Source of the DNA: Mycobacterium phage prophiGD12-2
Strand: one strand, 5' to 3'
Sequence record: MW584207.1
DNA length: 54,460 nucleotides
The position numbers and the translations under genes are program-made. This document shows, piece by piece, positions 1 to 8,100 of the stretch (position 1 is its first letter; each line of letters opens with the position of its first letter). Below the pieces are notes generated by a model. It had not been told where the DNA came from. It was given only the letters and a program-made list of their open reading frames with translations, and did not search any database.

Positions 1-7
1 CAGAGAC

Positions 8-36
8 AAAAAATCCCAGGTCGTCTGACCTGGGAT
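8..36 (-). terminator. Rho-independent terminator downstream of the tRNA (minus strand)
   Basis: Perfect 10-bp stem at 13-22 and 27-36 with a 4-nt loop. An A-run at 8-13 gives a U-tract on the minus strand. Confidence 0.6.
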
Positions 37-38
37 TA

Positions 39-76
39 TGGTGGAGCTAAGGGGACTCGAACCCCTGACCCCCACA
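39..76 (-). tRNA. tRNA 3' fragment of 38 nt: T-arm, acceptor 3' strand, discriminator A and CCA. The isotype is probably Ala. The gene is not complete.
   Basis: The reverse complement reads TGTGG-GGGTC-AGGGG-TTCGAGT-CCCCT-TAGCTCC-A-CCA. Acceptor 3' strand UAGCUCC pairs with GGGGCUA and implies a G3:U70 pair. Sequence upstream of position 76 cannot form the rest of a tRNA. Confidence 0.55.
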
Positions 77-109
77 ATCGCAAAAATGTGGGCTATCAGA
101 GGTAGCGAT

Positions 110-202
110 GGATAGTCAAGAGTAGTCAAAATAGGCGTTGCTACCTGCGGATACTTCGACTTTTGGATAGTCTTGGATAGTCGAACGTAGTTGCGAATAG
201 TC
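110..202 (+). promoter_or_regulatory. Five direct repeats of GRRTAGTC (GGATAGTC three times, GAGTAGTC, GAATAGTC). These are candidate arm-type recombinase or RDF binding sites of the attP arm.
   Basis: Copies lie at 110-117, 120-127, 165-172, 175-182 and 195-202, between the att core and the int 3' end. Confidence 0.5.
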
Positions 203-212
203 GCCACGTCGC

Positions 213-240
213 GCGAATTAGTGTCCCTTTAGTGTCCCCT
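213..240. repeat. 28-bp element GCGAATTAGTGTCCCTTTAGTGTCCCCT, copy 1
   Basis: Identical copy at 54340-54367 near attR. Contains tandem TAGTGTCCC. Confidence 0.6.
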
Positions 241-262
241 ACCGGAGGCCGCCGAACGACCC

Positions 263-1585
263 TCAGGGCTCACCCGCGATGGCCTGGTGCAGTGCTGTCG
301 CGGCTTCGCTGTGCGCCCGTCCACGCGCCATATAGAAGCGCTGAGTCATGGACGGATCGGCGTGCCCCAGCACATCAGCAGCAACGCGCGCAGACAAACC
401 GGCGTCATCGAGGATGGTCGCTACGGCCTTGCGGAAGCTGTGGGCCGTGATGCTGGCGGGCAGTCCCAGCGCCGACCGCACGCGACGCCACTGGGCCGCG
501 ACGTTGTTCGGGTCTCGGGGCGTCCAGTTCTCGGACGGGAACACCAAGTCTTCGTAGTCTGCCGATACCGGACGCGGGTCAACTAGTCGGCGCTCGGCAA
601 GTCGCCTCTTCCGAAGCTTAAGAGCATCGATGGCGAACTGGGGCAACGCAATCTCATTGTCAGAGCCCTTGGTGTCATCCTCAATGGGCGCCAGCACCAA
701 GCCTTTGCCTTTGACTCGGATCAACTTCCGAGTGGGACGCATGACACCGGCTTTCAGGTCCAGCTCGGGCCAGGTCGTTGCCAGCGATTGACTGCGGCGG
801 TGGCTAGTGGCAATCAGCATCACAATCCAGTCGACAATATCGGCGTCCGCGCAGAACTCGGCAACCGTTGGCGGCGTGTAGCTTCCGACGCTCTTCTCGC
901 GCTCAGCCTTGGCCAGAATCCGGGGGCATGGCAGGTCCGAGGTCCGTACCGCGATGAGGATGTCGCGCACCTCGTCAACGGTGAGCTGGCTCGCACCGCC
1001 GCGCTTGGCGCCCTTGCGTCGCGCTAGCTTCACTTCGCGCAGCGGGTTGACCGTGATGGCGCCGTTGCTCATGCGGATCGCGTAGTTGTACATGCCGGAC
1101 AGCACTGTTCGCGACGACTTCGCCGCCCCGGCTCCACGCGTGTCAGCGACCGTTGTCAGGAACTTCTCCATGACCGGGGTTGGCGCCTCCATGAGGCGCC
1201 TGTGGCCGAATGCGGAGTCAAATCCCTTGGCCTCAAAGTCATATCGGTCAAGGGTGGCAGGCGCCCTCCCCTGATCTACAAGGTGCGGCCGGTAGTGCTC
1301 GTAATACAGCGCTCGGATGGTGGTCTCTGTCGACAGCTCCGCATCGAGCACCGATACCGAAAGGTCGGAGGCAGCGGCCAGCACCGCGTCACGGGCCCGC
1401 GCGCCATCCCTATCGGGTACAGGGCGTCCGCGTGAATCGTTGCGTGGCGGACTTACTCGCTTGACCTTGCGACGCTTTCCGCTGGCGTCACGAACCCGCA
1501 CGATGGCCAGCCACACTCCTGGTCGCAACTCCGTTAGATCCACGTCACCCGGCACCCCAATGGGTCGTGGCGGTCTACCTCGCAT
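263..1585 (-). CDS. int: Tyrosine integrase (site-specific recombinase, phage integrase family)
   Basis: C-terminal HSFRK...LGH...RFY catalytic motif pattern. Adjacent to attL. 440 aa. Confidence 0.85.
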   Translation of the reverse strand: MRGRPPRPIGVPGDVDLTELRPGVWLAIVRVRDASGKRRKVKRVSPPRNDSRGRPVPDRDGARARDAVLAAASDLSVSVLDAELSTETTIRALYYEHYRPHLVDQGRAPATLDRYDFEAKGFDSAFGHRRLMEAPTPVMEKFLTTVADTRGAGAAKSSRTVLSGMYNYAIRMSNGAITVNPLREVKLARRKGAKRGGASQLTVDEVRDILIAVRTSDLPCPRILAKAEREKSVGSYTPPTVAEFCADADIVDWIVMLIATSHRRSQSLATTWPELDLKAGVMRPTRKLIRVKGKGLVLAPIEDDTKGSDNEIALPQFAIDALKLRKRRLAERRLVDPRPVSADYEDLVFPSENWTPRDPNNVAAQWRRVRSALGLPASITAHSFRKAVATILDDAGLSARVAADVLGHADPSMTQRFYMARGRAHSEAATALHQAIAGEP

Positions 1586-1723
1586 GTCTCATTGCCTTTC
1601 GCTCTTTGTCGTGCATACGGACCAAATTGGCCCCGTGGGTGCGCAGGTGCTCCGGGTGTGGGCGGGTCTGGCTACAATGTGAGTAATTAGGGCAGCGACC
1701 AGCGAATATAGGAGGTGATGGAG

Positions 1724-2284
1724 ATGGCGAGAGCAGTGGATGTAGGTCAGTACGTGTACGACCGAAAAGGCTGGATCGATGCATGGCGTCTCCAGAAGCT
1801 CGTCTATTTCGCACACGCCTGGAGCTTGGCGTGGGATGGGCGTGGACTATTCGACTCGGACGTGGAGGCATGGCCCGACGGACCTGTTGAACGGGAGCTG
1901 TACGCGGCCAATAAGTACGGACGCGACCGCTGGAATTCAACCAAGCTGGTTGAGGCTGACACCTCAAGACTTACCCCCCGCCAGATTGCGGTCATTGATG
2001 CGGTTATCGAGCATTACGGCAATTGGACGCGGCAGGAACTAATCGACGCGAGTCATACACCTGCCTGGTTGGCAACGCGTGCAGGCGCGGCACGCCATGC
2101 ACAGGGTGACGTGATTCCAGTGGGTGATATCCGTCGTTGGCATACGCGCGCGGCGCTAGCAGGAAAAGACACGCCGAAGCCACCAGCCGACCACGTCGGG
2201 GTGGTACGGGACGTTTCTGGTGATTTGGTTGACGCGCATATCGATCGGTGGCGTGGCGTTCTCGACCTACTCGCCGAGCGTTGA
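1724..2284 (+). CDS. Panacea-domain (DUF4065, SocA/GepA-like) putative antitoxin
   Basis: Motif WRLQKLVYFAHAWSLAW...EAWPDGPV matches the KLQKLLYFA...W..GPV Panacea signature. SD AGGAGG lies 8 nt upstream of ATG 1724. The longest ORF starts at 1715. Confidence 0.7.
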   Translation: MARAVDVGQYVYDRKGWIDAWRLQKLVYFAHAWSLAWDGRGLFDSDVEAWPDGPVERELYAANKYGRDRWNSTKLVEADTSRLTPRQIAVIDAVIEHYGNWTRQELIDASHTPAWLATRAGAARHAQGDVIPVGDIRRWHTRAALAGKDTPKPPADHVGVVRDVSGDLVDAHIDRWRGVLDLLAER

Positions 2285-2652
2285 CGTTTTGCATACCCGT
2301 GGAGGCTGCGATTCTGATCAATCGCAGCCTCCCTCGTACTACGCATGCGGTGACTAACCGGGGCCAATTGGAGTCAGCATTGGCGCGCCCAATGCACGTG
2401 TTTGGCGACCAGTTGGTGTATCCAACCCTCATCGAGCGGGCCGCAGCCTTGTTGCACGGGGTGGCATCGGCACACGCGTTCTTCGACGGCAACAAGAGAA
2501 CGGCATGGCTGTGCACTTCGATGTACTTGGACCGTGAGGGCTCTCCGCTACAAGGTATCCCCGATATCGATGCCGCTGACTTTGTGGTCGATGTTGTACT
2601 GGGTCGTATTGGCCATGAGGATGTTTCGGTATGGCTTCTCGACCGAACGTAG
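2281..2652 (+). CDS. doc: Doc (death-on-curing) Fic-fold toxin
   Basis: HAFFDGNKRTA Doc/Fic motif. TTG start 2281 overlaps the upstream stop as TTGA, and its N terminus (CIPVEAAIL) aligns with P1 Doc (HISPEELIAL). Alternative GTG starts at 2248 and 2299. Confidence 0.75.
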   Translation: MTFCIPVEAAILINRSLPRTTHAVTNRGQLESALARPMHVFGDQLVYPTLIERAAALLHGVASAHAFFDGNKRTAWLCTSMYLDREGSPLQGIPDIDAADFVVDVVLGRIGHEDVSVWLLDRT

Positions 2653-2667
2653 CGGGCGGGCAATGGC

Positions 2668-2874
2668 CTACCTCGCATGCTTCCCCCTTATCCGTCGCAG
2701 CCGGTTGACGGTCTGTGCGTCGATCGCCAGCGCCTCTGGCGTCTCGATGATGGCGTTCAACTTCTGGTAGTAGCGGACCGGCGATAAACCGAAACGCTCG
2801 CGTATTACTTCATGCTTGGCGCCGGATGCAGGCCACCAAATGCGTTCCATATCAAGGGCTTCAACCGTGTTCAT
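2668..2874 (-). CDS. DUF3263-like small protein
   Basis: 68 aa. W..SGAKE.AIRE.FG.S..RYYQ.LNA.I..PEA pattern typical of actinobacterial DUF3263. Last gene of the repressor operon. Confidence 0.55.
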   Translation of the reverse strand: MNTVEALDMERIWWPASGAKHEVIRERFGLSPVRYYQKLNAIIETPEALAIDAQTVNRLRRIRGKHAR

Positions 2875-3374
2875 GGGCGTTGCGGGTCTTCAACACGGTC
2901 AGCGAGCCAGTCGCGCTCAGCCGGGGTTAGGGTCTGGCGTCGCACCCGGACGGTGTGAACGTCGGTCCAAAGCTCTTCGGCCAGTTCGTAATCATCGTTG
3001 GTCCATTGCAGCCCACGCAGCAGAGCGGGTAGCGGAATGAGTCGGCGTGCCGCCAGCACGTCCACATAGTGCTCTTCACGGGCGCGGTGGATGACAGGCG
3101 CAATGCCCCGGTCAACGTGGATCAATTCATGCGTCAAGGTCGAGCGGCGCTCAGCCTGCGTGAGGCTCTTGCACAGCCAGATGGTGTTGCCCTTGATCAG
3201 TCCGGCCACTCCCCGGGGCAGGACGTGATCGCAGGAAACAGCGATGTGTGGATAGTGCTCGGCGAGCGTTCGCCATGGATGCCAATGGTTCGTGATCATG
3301 GTGCGAGACGCTAGAACAGGCCACCGACAAATACGGCGCTGACCAGGAATTACAGGGGCGTAACTAAGCGCCAT
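2871..3374 (-). CDS. ImmA/IrrE-family Zn metallopeptidase (putative anti-repressor protease)
   Basis: HELIH HEXXH motif. Located downstream of the XRE repressor in the same operon. An alternative ATG start lies at 3299. Confidence 0.65.
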   Translation of the reverse strand: MALSYAPVIPGQRRICRWPVLASRTMITNHWHPWRTLAEHYPHIAVSCDHVLPRGVAGLIKGNTIWLCKSLTQAERRSTLTHELIHVDRGIAPVIHRAREEHYVDVLAARRLIPLPALLRGLQWTNDDYELAEELWTDVHTVRVRRQTLTPAERDWLADRVEDPQRP

Positions 3375-3440
3375 GCTCGACTACGCAAGGGTTGACAAGG
3401 GCATGTCCAGCCTGAACGGCTGTTGCTAGCCCCTGGCCGG

Positions 3441-4655
3441 TCATTGGTCTGCAAGTTCGGCGATGCGCACGCCGTATCCACCGTGCCGGGTGTCGGCGAC
3501 CGTGTAGCCAGCATTGCGGACTGCGTTGTCGACGTTCTCCTTGGCCTCCCCAAGCCGCAGCAGTTCTTCGCGAGCGAGCCTTTCCGCTTCCTTGCGTGTG
3601 GGCGCGACCATTCGGCCGAAGTTGCTGTCAGTACGTGGGTCGTAGAACTCGACCTCGAATCCCCCCGGCTCGCGCTTGAGCGACTGCGAGGCCGACTTCA
3701 CCTTGCGGATGCGGACGCCATACCCACTGCCGCTGGTGTCCGCTGTGTGCCGACCCGCGTCTTTGATGGCGGCGTCGACCATCCGGGGCTTTTCACCTTG
3801 GGCAATCAGAAATTCACGCGCATACGCTTCTGCCTCAGCGCGAGAGGTAAATTCGCGTCTGGTCCTGTCCCCTGAGCTTAAGTCCTGGAGGGACAGAACA
3901 TACAGTCCGTCACTGTCATCGTCGTTGCGTTCGCGGTCGGATTGTTTCTCGCGACGCGAGGCCGCTACGCCGAGATCTTCGAGATCGGGCGGCGGTCCGG
4001 CCGGACGGCGGCGGGCTATGGAGGTGACGTTGCCGGAACGGGTGGATGGCAGTTTCAGGGCTTCTGGATCCATTGCCCGTGCAAGTAGCGGCGTGAATAG
4101 TTCCAGGACCTTATCGCTGGTTGCCGGGTCTGCAGCCGCGATGGTCTTCATAATCTGCTGACCGAAGAAGATTCGCGCGTTTCGTTCCTCAGCCCTGGAT
4201 TCTGCTAAGGCTTGCTCAAGTTCAACGGGGGCAGGGAACCTGGAGTTTGCATCCGCGACCCCCTGAAAGTATCCGATTTGGCCCTCCATGAGGGTTTCCA
4301 GCTTGTCAATCTTCTCCATCTTGTCTAGAAGAGATGAAAGTGTTTGCGCCACAAGCTCAATGGGGACACCCGGATTGAGCATCGGGTGCTCCCGTTCGAG
4401 GTCCTCCCAGAGCGTGGGGGCGCCCCCGTCTAGCACGTCGTCTATCGACCCGGGCGCCCACTTGATGGCCTGTTCGATGGCGTCCTTGTTGCGTGACAAA
4501 AGATTAGAGCGCTTCCCGGTCTCTATGTCACTGATCAGGCGTAAGGAGACGCCAGCCGCCTCGGCAAGCTCGGCCGCAGTATGCAGCTGCACCTCAGGGT
4601 GCTTACGGCGCGCACGGATCAGGGAACCTAACCGTTTCTCATTGTCATCAGTCAT
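3441..4655 (-). CDS. XRE-family HTH repressor (putative prophage immunity repressor), 404 aa, with C-terminal tandem repeat domain
   Basis: N-terminal HTH AAELAEAAGVSLRLISDIETGKR. SD GAGGAGG lies 6 nt upstream of ATG 4655. C-terminal duplicated repeat of about 50 aa ends in ADT..G.YGVRI. The longest ORF runs to 4745. Confidence 0.7.
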   Translation of the reverse strand: MTDDNEKRLGSLIRARRKHPEVQLHTAAELAEAAGVSLRLISDIETGKRSNLLSRNKDAIEQAIKWAPGSIDDVLDGGAPTLWEDLEREHPMLNPGVPIELVAQTLSSLLDKMEKIDKLETLMEGQIGYFQGVADANSRFPAPVELEQALAESRAEERNARIFFGQQIMKTIAAADPATSDKVLELFTPLLARAMDPEALKLPSTRSGNVTSIARRRPAGPPPDLEDLGVAASRREKQSDRERNDDDSDGLYVLSLQDLSSGDRTRREFTSRAEAEAYAREFLIAQGEKPRMVDAAIKDAGRHTADTSGSGYGVRIRKVKSASQSLKREPGGFEVEFYDPRTDSNFGRMVAPTRKEAERLAREELLRLGEAKENVDNAVRNAGYTVADTRHGGYGVRIAELADQ

Positions 4656-4708
4656 CGACAGCACCTCCTCACGTATCGGAAAACATTTTCGCATAATCCG
4701 ACGCATCG

Positions 4709-4729
4709 TTGCGCACTCCACGTGCGCAA
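4709..4729. promoter_or_regulatory. Palindromic candidate operator TTGCGCAC-TCCAC-GTGCGCAA in the divergent switch region
   Basis: Perfect 8-bp inverted repeat arms with a 5-bp spacer, between the repressor and cro-like starts. Confidence 0.5.
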
Positions 4730-4762
4730 ACGTCAGAATATGCATTTCTTACGCGTTTCTGC

Positions 4763-4791
4763 TTGACCGTTGCGTGTTTGTTGCATATTGT
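4763..4791 (+). promoter_or_regulatory. Candidate sigma-A promoter for the cro-like gene (TTGACC, 17-bp spacer, TATTGT), predicting a leaderless mRNA
   Basis: The -10 element ends 7 nt before ATG 4799. No SD is present. Confidence 0.4.
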
Positions 4792-4798
4792 TTCCCGC

Positions 4799-5035
4799 AT
4801 GGTGACCGACGACCCCGAGCGGATAGGGGCAACAATCAAGGCTCTGCGCGACGCCAACAGGTGGAAGCAGGTTGACCTGGCCGCAGCGGTAGACAGAAGT
4901 CGTTCGCATTTGTCCAACATCGAGTCCGGACGAAAGCACTGCACCCTCGAACTGGCACGTGACATAGCCAAGGCGCTCCGAGTTCCCCTCGCCGCGATCA
5001 CCACGGCCTATGGCGTCGAGGAGATCGGCCCATGA
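4799..5035 (+). CDS. Cro-like XRE-family HTH regulator
   Basis: IKALRDANRWKQVDLAAAVDRSRSHLSNIESGRK HTH. Divergent from the repressor. 78 aa from ATG 4799. Confidence 0.65.
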   Translation: MVTDDPERIGATIKALRDANRWKQVDLAAAVDRSRSHLSNIESGRKHCTLELARDIAKALRVPLAAITTAYGVEEIGP

Positions 5036-5388
5036 CCGCGAATCTTCAAGAACTCGCCGCCCAGGCGGGTATGACCGCCAACAGCTCGCCGGTCGAAATG
5101 GCCCGCATTGCAACAACTATCGCCGAAACCGGCCTCACTCCACTCTCCCCCCACGAGACTCTTCGCGCCCTGCTCCGCATCCAGCGCGAGGCGCAAACGC
5201 CCATCCTGGTCACGTCCAAGGTCGCCGCCACGATCTTGGACATCCACCCGCAGACATTGCGCGACTGGAGCCGTCGCGGACTCTATGACCTTCCGGCGCC
5301 TACTCGGGTCGGCAGTCGGCTCCGGTGGGATGCCACCGAGCTACGCGCATGGGCCGAGCGCCGGAAGCGGCGCCTAGCCGCTTCATAA
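5032..5388 (+). CDS. HTH DNA-binding protein (MerR/excisionase-like HTH_17)
   Basis: KVAATILDIHPQTLRDWSRRG...RWDATELRAWAERR. The ATGA start overlaps the cro stop. Confidence 0.5.
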   Translation: MTANLQELAAQAGMTANSSPVEMARIATTIAETGLTPLSPHETLRALLRIQREAQTPILVTSKVAATILDIHPQTLRDWSRRGLYDLPAPTRVGSRLRWDATELRAWAERRKRRLAAS

Positions 5389-5418
5389 TCCCAACTCTCA
5401 CAACTGAATAACCCCCAA

Positions 5419-5460
5419 CGCTGACGGCGGTCTACTCGCCAAAGTCCCCCGCCGTCAGCG
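5419..5460 (+). terminator. Hairpin (12-bp perfect GC-rich stem, 18-nt loop), a candidate terminator without a U-tract
   Basis: CGCTGACGGCGG pairs with CCGCCGTCAGCG. Confidence 0.4.
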
Positions 5461-5501
5461 CCATCGAGAACCGAATTCCCACCTCAAGGAAGGCCTTCGG
5501 C

Positions 5502-5786
5502 ATGTCCAACGCTACCCAATTGCCCTCGGCACGGGCCAACACTCCCCCGTTCCTGGTCGAGCACATCGCCAATGGCGAAGACACTGACACTCTCGTCAAC
5601 GCCGAAGCGGTGGCCTCGTCGTGGCCAAGCGTCGACCCCCGCGACGGTGGTCAGATCTACGTCGCCCAACTCAATGACGGCGACACCTGGTCCGGGTTCC
5701 TGGTCGCCGACGAGGCGGCTGCCCGCAAGGCGCGCACCGCCATCGCCCGCACCTACATCGCCGGACTCAGGGATGACGCCCGATGA
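5502..5786 (+). CDS. Hypothetical early protein
   Basis: SD AAGGAAGG upstream. Start and stop overlaps with neighbours. Confidence 0.5.
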   Translation: MSNATQLPSARANTPPFLVEHIANGEDTDTLVNAEAVASSWPSVDPRDGGQIYVAQLNDGDTWSGFLVADEAAARKARTAIARTYIAGLRDDAR

Positions 5787-6040
5787 CCGCCCCGTCGCCA
5801 TGGTGGACCGCCACGGATGGCGATGGCTTCGTGCCGCCCCGTACCACCTACAACGATCGGGTGACCGAGGTCGTGCACGTCAGCGAGGGCATGCATTGCG
5901 TCCGGCTCACCGACATTGCCCGTGCCGACCTCGGCGTCGGGTGGGATTGCATTGACGCCCGGAACGGCACAGACGCCCGGCGCATTTCGGAGCTGGTCGC
6001 CCGCCTAGTCGCCGCACTACGCGAGTTGGGTGACGCATGA
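5783..6040 (+). CDS. Hypothetical early protein
   Basis: ATGA overlap with the upstream gene. Confidence 0.5.
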   Translation: MTAPSPWWTATDGDGFVPPRTTYNDRVTEVVHVSEGMHCVRLTDIARADLGVGWDCIDARNGTDARRISELVARLVAALRELGDA

Positions 6041-6492
6041 CCGCCCGGCGCGGTACCACGAACCGCAATGATCGTGGCTCGGCCGAAGATCGGCGGCGCC
6101 GCCGTCAATGGCTGCTCGACACGTTCGGCGATGGCACCACATGCCGGTGCTCGACATGCCCGACCGTCTTGGACTTCGACAGCATCACCGTTGATCGGCA
6201 TCCGGTCGCGGGCGTTGACGGTGGCACGTACCGGCGCGGCAACATCCGACCACAGTGCGCGCCATGTGCAAGTCGCCAGGGCGGCAAGATGTCGGCGCAG
6301 CGCCGCCCCCTTCGCAAGGGGCATATGGTCCGCATCCGCAAGGGCGGCAAGGTCTATCGAGTTGTGGTCATCGACTCGGACAAGGGGCTTGTCAGGATCG
6401 CGGCTGGTGCTAAACATCCCGATGCGGCGACGCGCGTTGTCGATGGATTCCGCCTGTACGCAGCCGACACCTTGATTCGGGTGCCCGCATGA
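6037..6492 (+). CDS. HNH endonuclease
   Basis: CRCSTCP...DRHPVAGVDGGTYRRGNIRPQCAPC zinc-finger HNH pattern. Confidence 0.6.
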   Translation: MTARRGTTNRNDRGSAEDRRRRRQWLLDTFGDGTTCRCSTCPTVLDFDSITVDRHPVAGVDGGTYRRGNIRPQCAPCASRQGGKMSAQRRPLRKGHMVRIRKGGKVYRVVVIDSDKGLVRIAAGAKHPDAATRVVDGFRLYAADTLIRVPA

Positions 6493-6710
6493 GCGCCGTA
6501 CCAGCCCATGTGTCGACTGGGCAAAGCGGCAGTTCGTGGCTCCGGGTCGAGCGCAGCGGATACAACATTTCCATTGAGGCCCAGGACCATTCGGTAAGCA
6601 TCCTGCTGGAGGCTGGCGCCGCCGAAGAGATTGCATCCGACCTGAATCAGCTCATCGCTGAAATCCGCCAAGAGCAAATCACGAAGGCCCGATCGTGGGT
6701 GCGCTCGTGA
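6489..6710 (+). CDS. Hypothetical protein
   Basis: Overlapping start and stop. Same-strand operon. Confidence 0.45.
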   Translation: MSAVPAHVSTGQSGSSWLRVERSGYNISIEAQDHSVSILLEAGAAEEIASDLNQLIAEIRQEQITKARSWVRS

Positions 6711-6843
6711 TCAGCGGTCGCACGGACGGCGGGAAACGCATCGACACCGCCAACACAGTCTCGGCGGCGCAATGGGCTTGGCAACAAGTCCAATCCGGCG
6801 CCGTTGTCGTCATCACCAACACCAAGGAAAGGCACGAAAACCA

Positions 6844-7143
6844 ATGAGCACTCAATACACACAGTCCCGTGAAGACGGCGCGCAGGTCTTCAAGGTCAAC
6901 GACAAGATCATCGCCACAGTCGACGGCAGACGCGTTGAACCGGAAACACCCGGCCCGTACTTCGATGCGGAAAACCGCCCCGAAGCCCTGGACGGCGCGC
7001 GAGCCGTCGCAGAGGCGTACGCCGCCGGATACGACGCGGGCCTGGCTGAGAGCGCGCCCGTCAGCGCACAGCGGGCCCGTGTCATCGCCGACGAGCAGAT
7101 CGCCAAGGCGCTTGAAAGCCTCACTGTGGAGGTGAAGCGATGA
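6844..7143 (+). CDS. Hypothetical protein
   Basis: ATG 6844 is preceded by an AAGGAAAGG SD. The longest ORF starts at 6772. Confidence 0.5.
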   Translation: MSTQYTQSREDGAQVFKVNDKIIATVDGRRVEPETPGPYFDAENRPEALDGARAVAEAYAAGYDAGLAESAPVSAQRARVIADEQIAKALESLTVEVKR

Positions 7144-7430
7144 GCACCACCGTCATTCGTGCCATCGGCGAACTCACGCCGCCGCCACCCGAGCCGGTCG
7201 CGGTGCAGATCGTAGAGGTGCACGCTAGCCGAATCGAGCTGCGTGCTGGGGACCAGACCATCAGTGTTGCCACCCTATTCAGTAGAGGCCCGTCGTGGGT
7301 GGTCGACCCCAGCATTCCCGGCGTCCCGCCCTGTCCGGCCTTCCTCGTCACCAACAGGTCCGAAGCCATCGACGCCCTGACGCAGGTCGGGCACATCTAC
7401 GTGGCAGCCAAGACAGGGGAAATCAAGTGA
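7140..7430 (+). CDS. Hypothetical protein, paralog A of a tandem pair
   Basis: Shares GEL...V.V....RLELRAG.Q.I......W..D..TP......F....R.EAIDAL.Q.G.Y with the next gene. Confidence 0.5.
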   Translation: MSTTVIRAIGELTPPPPEPVAVQIVEVHASRIELRAGDQTISVATLFSRGPSWVVDPSIPGVPPCPAFLVTNRSEAIDALTQVGHIYVAAKTGEIK

Positions 7431-7702
7431 GTATCAACGTCATTTACACAGTCGGTGAGCTTCCCGCCACCGTCAACTATGTGCAGGTGGTCAGCTTGGG
7501 TGCTGACCGGCTGGAGCTTCGCGCCGCTGGTCAAATGATCGCCGAGGCATACAGATGCGGCGATGACTGGGCGATTGACATCAAGACGCCGACAGCTCGG
7601 AGCCTGCCCCGTTTCATCCTGGACGACCGTCGCGAAGCAATCGACGCTCTACACCAAATCGGCGCGCTGTACCTCGACCTACGGACGGCGGTGCAGTCAT
7701 GA
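7427..7702 (+). CDS. Hypothetical protein, paralog B of a tandem pair
   Basis: GTG 7427 overlaps the upstream stop. SD AGGGGAA lies 8 nt upstream. Confidence 0.5.
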   Translation: MSINVIYTVGELPATVNYVQVVSLGADRLELRAAGQMIAEAYRCGDDWAIDIKTPTARSLPRFILDDRREAIDALHQIGALYLDLRTAVQS

Positions 7703-8100
7703 GCTACAGCGGTGCTGTCTCCCCACTCAAGGTTCCGCCGCGCGAATCGGTTGAGCGCGACGAGCTTCCGACGTTTGAGTTCACGGGCGCCGAGGTGATC
7801 GCCGAGATTCGCAGGCTTGCGCAGCGGTTCCCAGATCAGAAGGCCGAAGGTAAGTACGTCGGCAAGGATGATCGCCCGCACTGCATTGGTGGGCGCGCGC
7901 TCGCCAATCTCGGAGTGCCGCTGGGGATTCTAATCCAGGCCGAGGGCACCGCCCTCGATACGGCGATGTCTCGCCTGCGCATCACGGCAACCCATAAGCA
8001 GCGCGGTTGGTGCCGGGCGGTGCAGGCGTACCAGGACGAAGGAAAACCGTGGGCCGCAGCGGTCCAGATGGCCAACGCGATGGTAGGTGCGCTGTCATGA
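7699..8100 (+). CDS. Hypothetical protein
   Basis: ATGA overlap. Confidence 0.45.
   Translation: MSYSGAVSPLKVPPRESVERDELPTFEFTGAEVIAEIRRLAQRFPDQKAEGKYVGKDDRPHCIGGRALANLGVPLGILIQAEGTALDTAMSRLRITATHKQRGWCRAVQAYQDEGKPWAAAVQMANAMVGALS

Larger units (their letters stand above)
1..76. repeat. attL core: direct repeat copy 1 (tRNA 3' 38 nt plus downstream terminator)
   Basis: Positions 1-76 are identical to 54385-54460 except at one position (t21 versus c). The copy ends exactly where tRNA-like sequence stops. Confidence 0.8.

Noticed and set aside
39-125. A complete tRNA gene at the left end
   Set aside because: Only the 3' 38 nt are tRNA-like. The sequence beyond 76 cannot supply an acceptor 5' strand, D-arm or anticodon arm. 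It is the duplicated att portion only.
2402-2770. ORF 2402..2770 overlapping doc in another frame
   Set aside because: The Doc frame has a conserved catalytic motif and P1-Doc-length alignment. The overlapping ORF has none.
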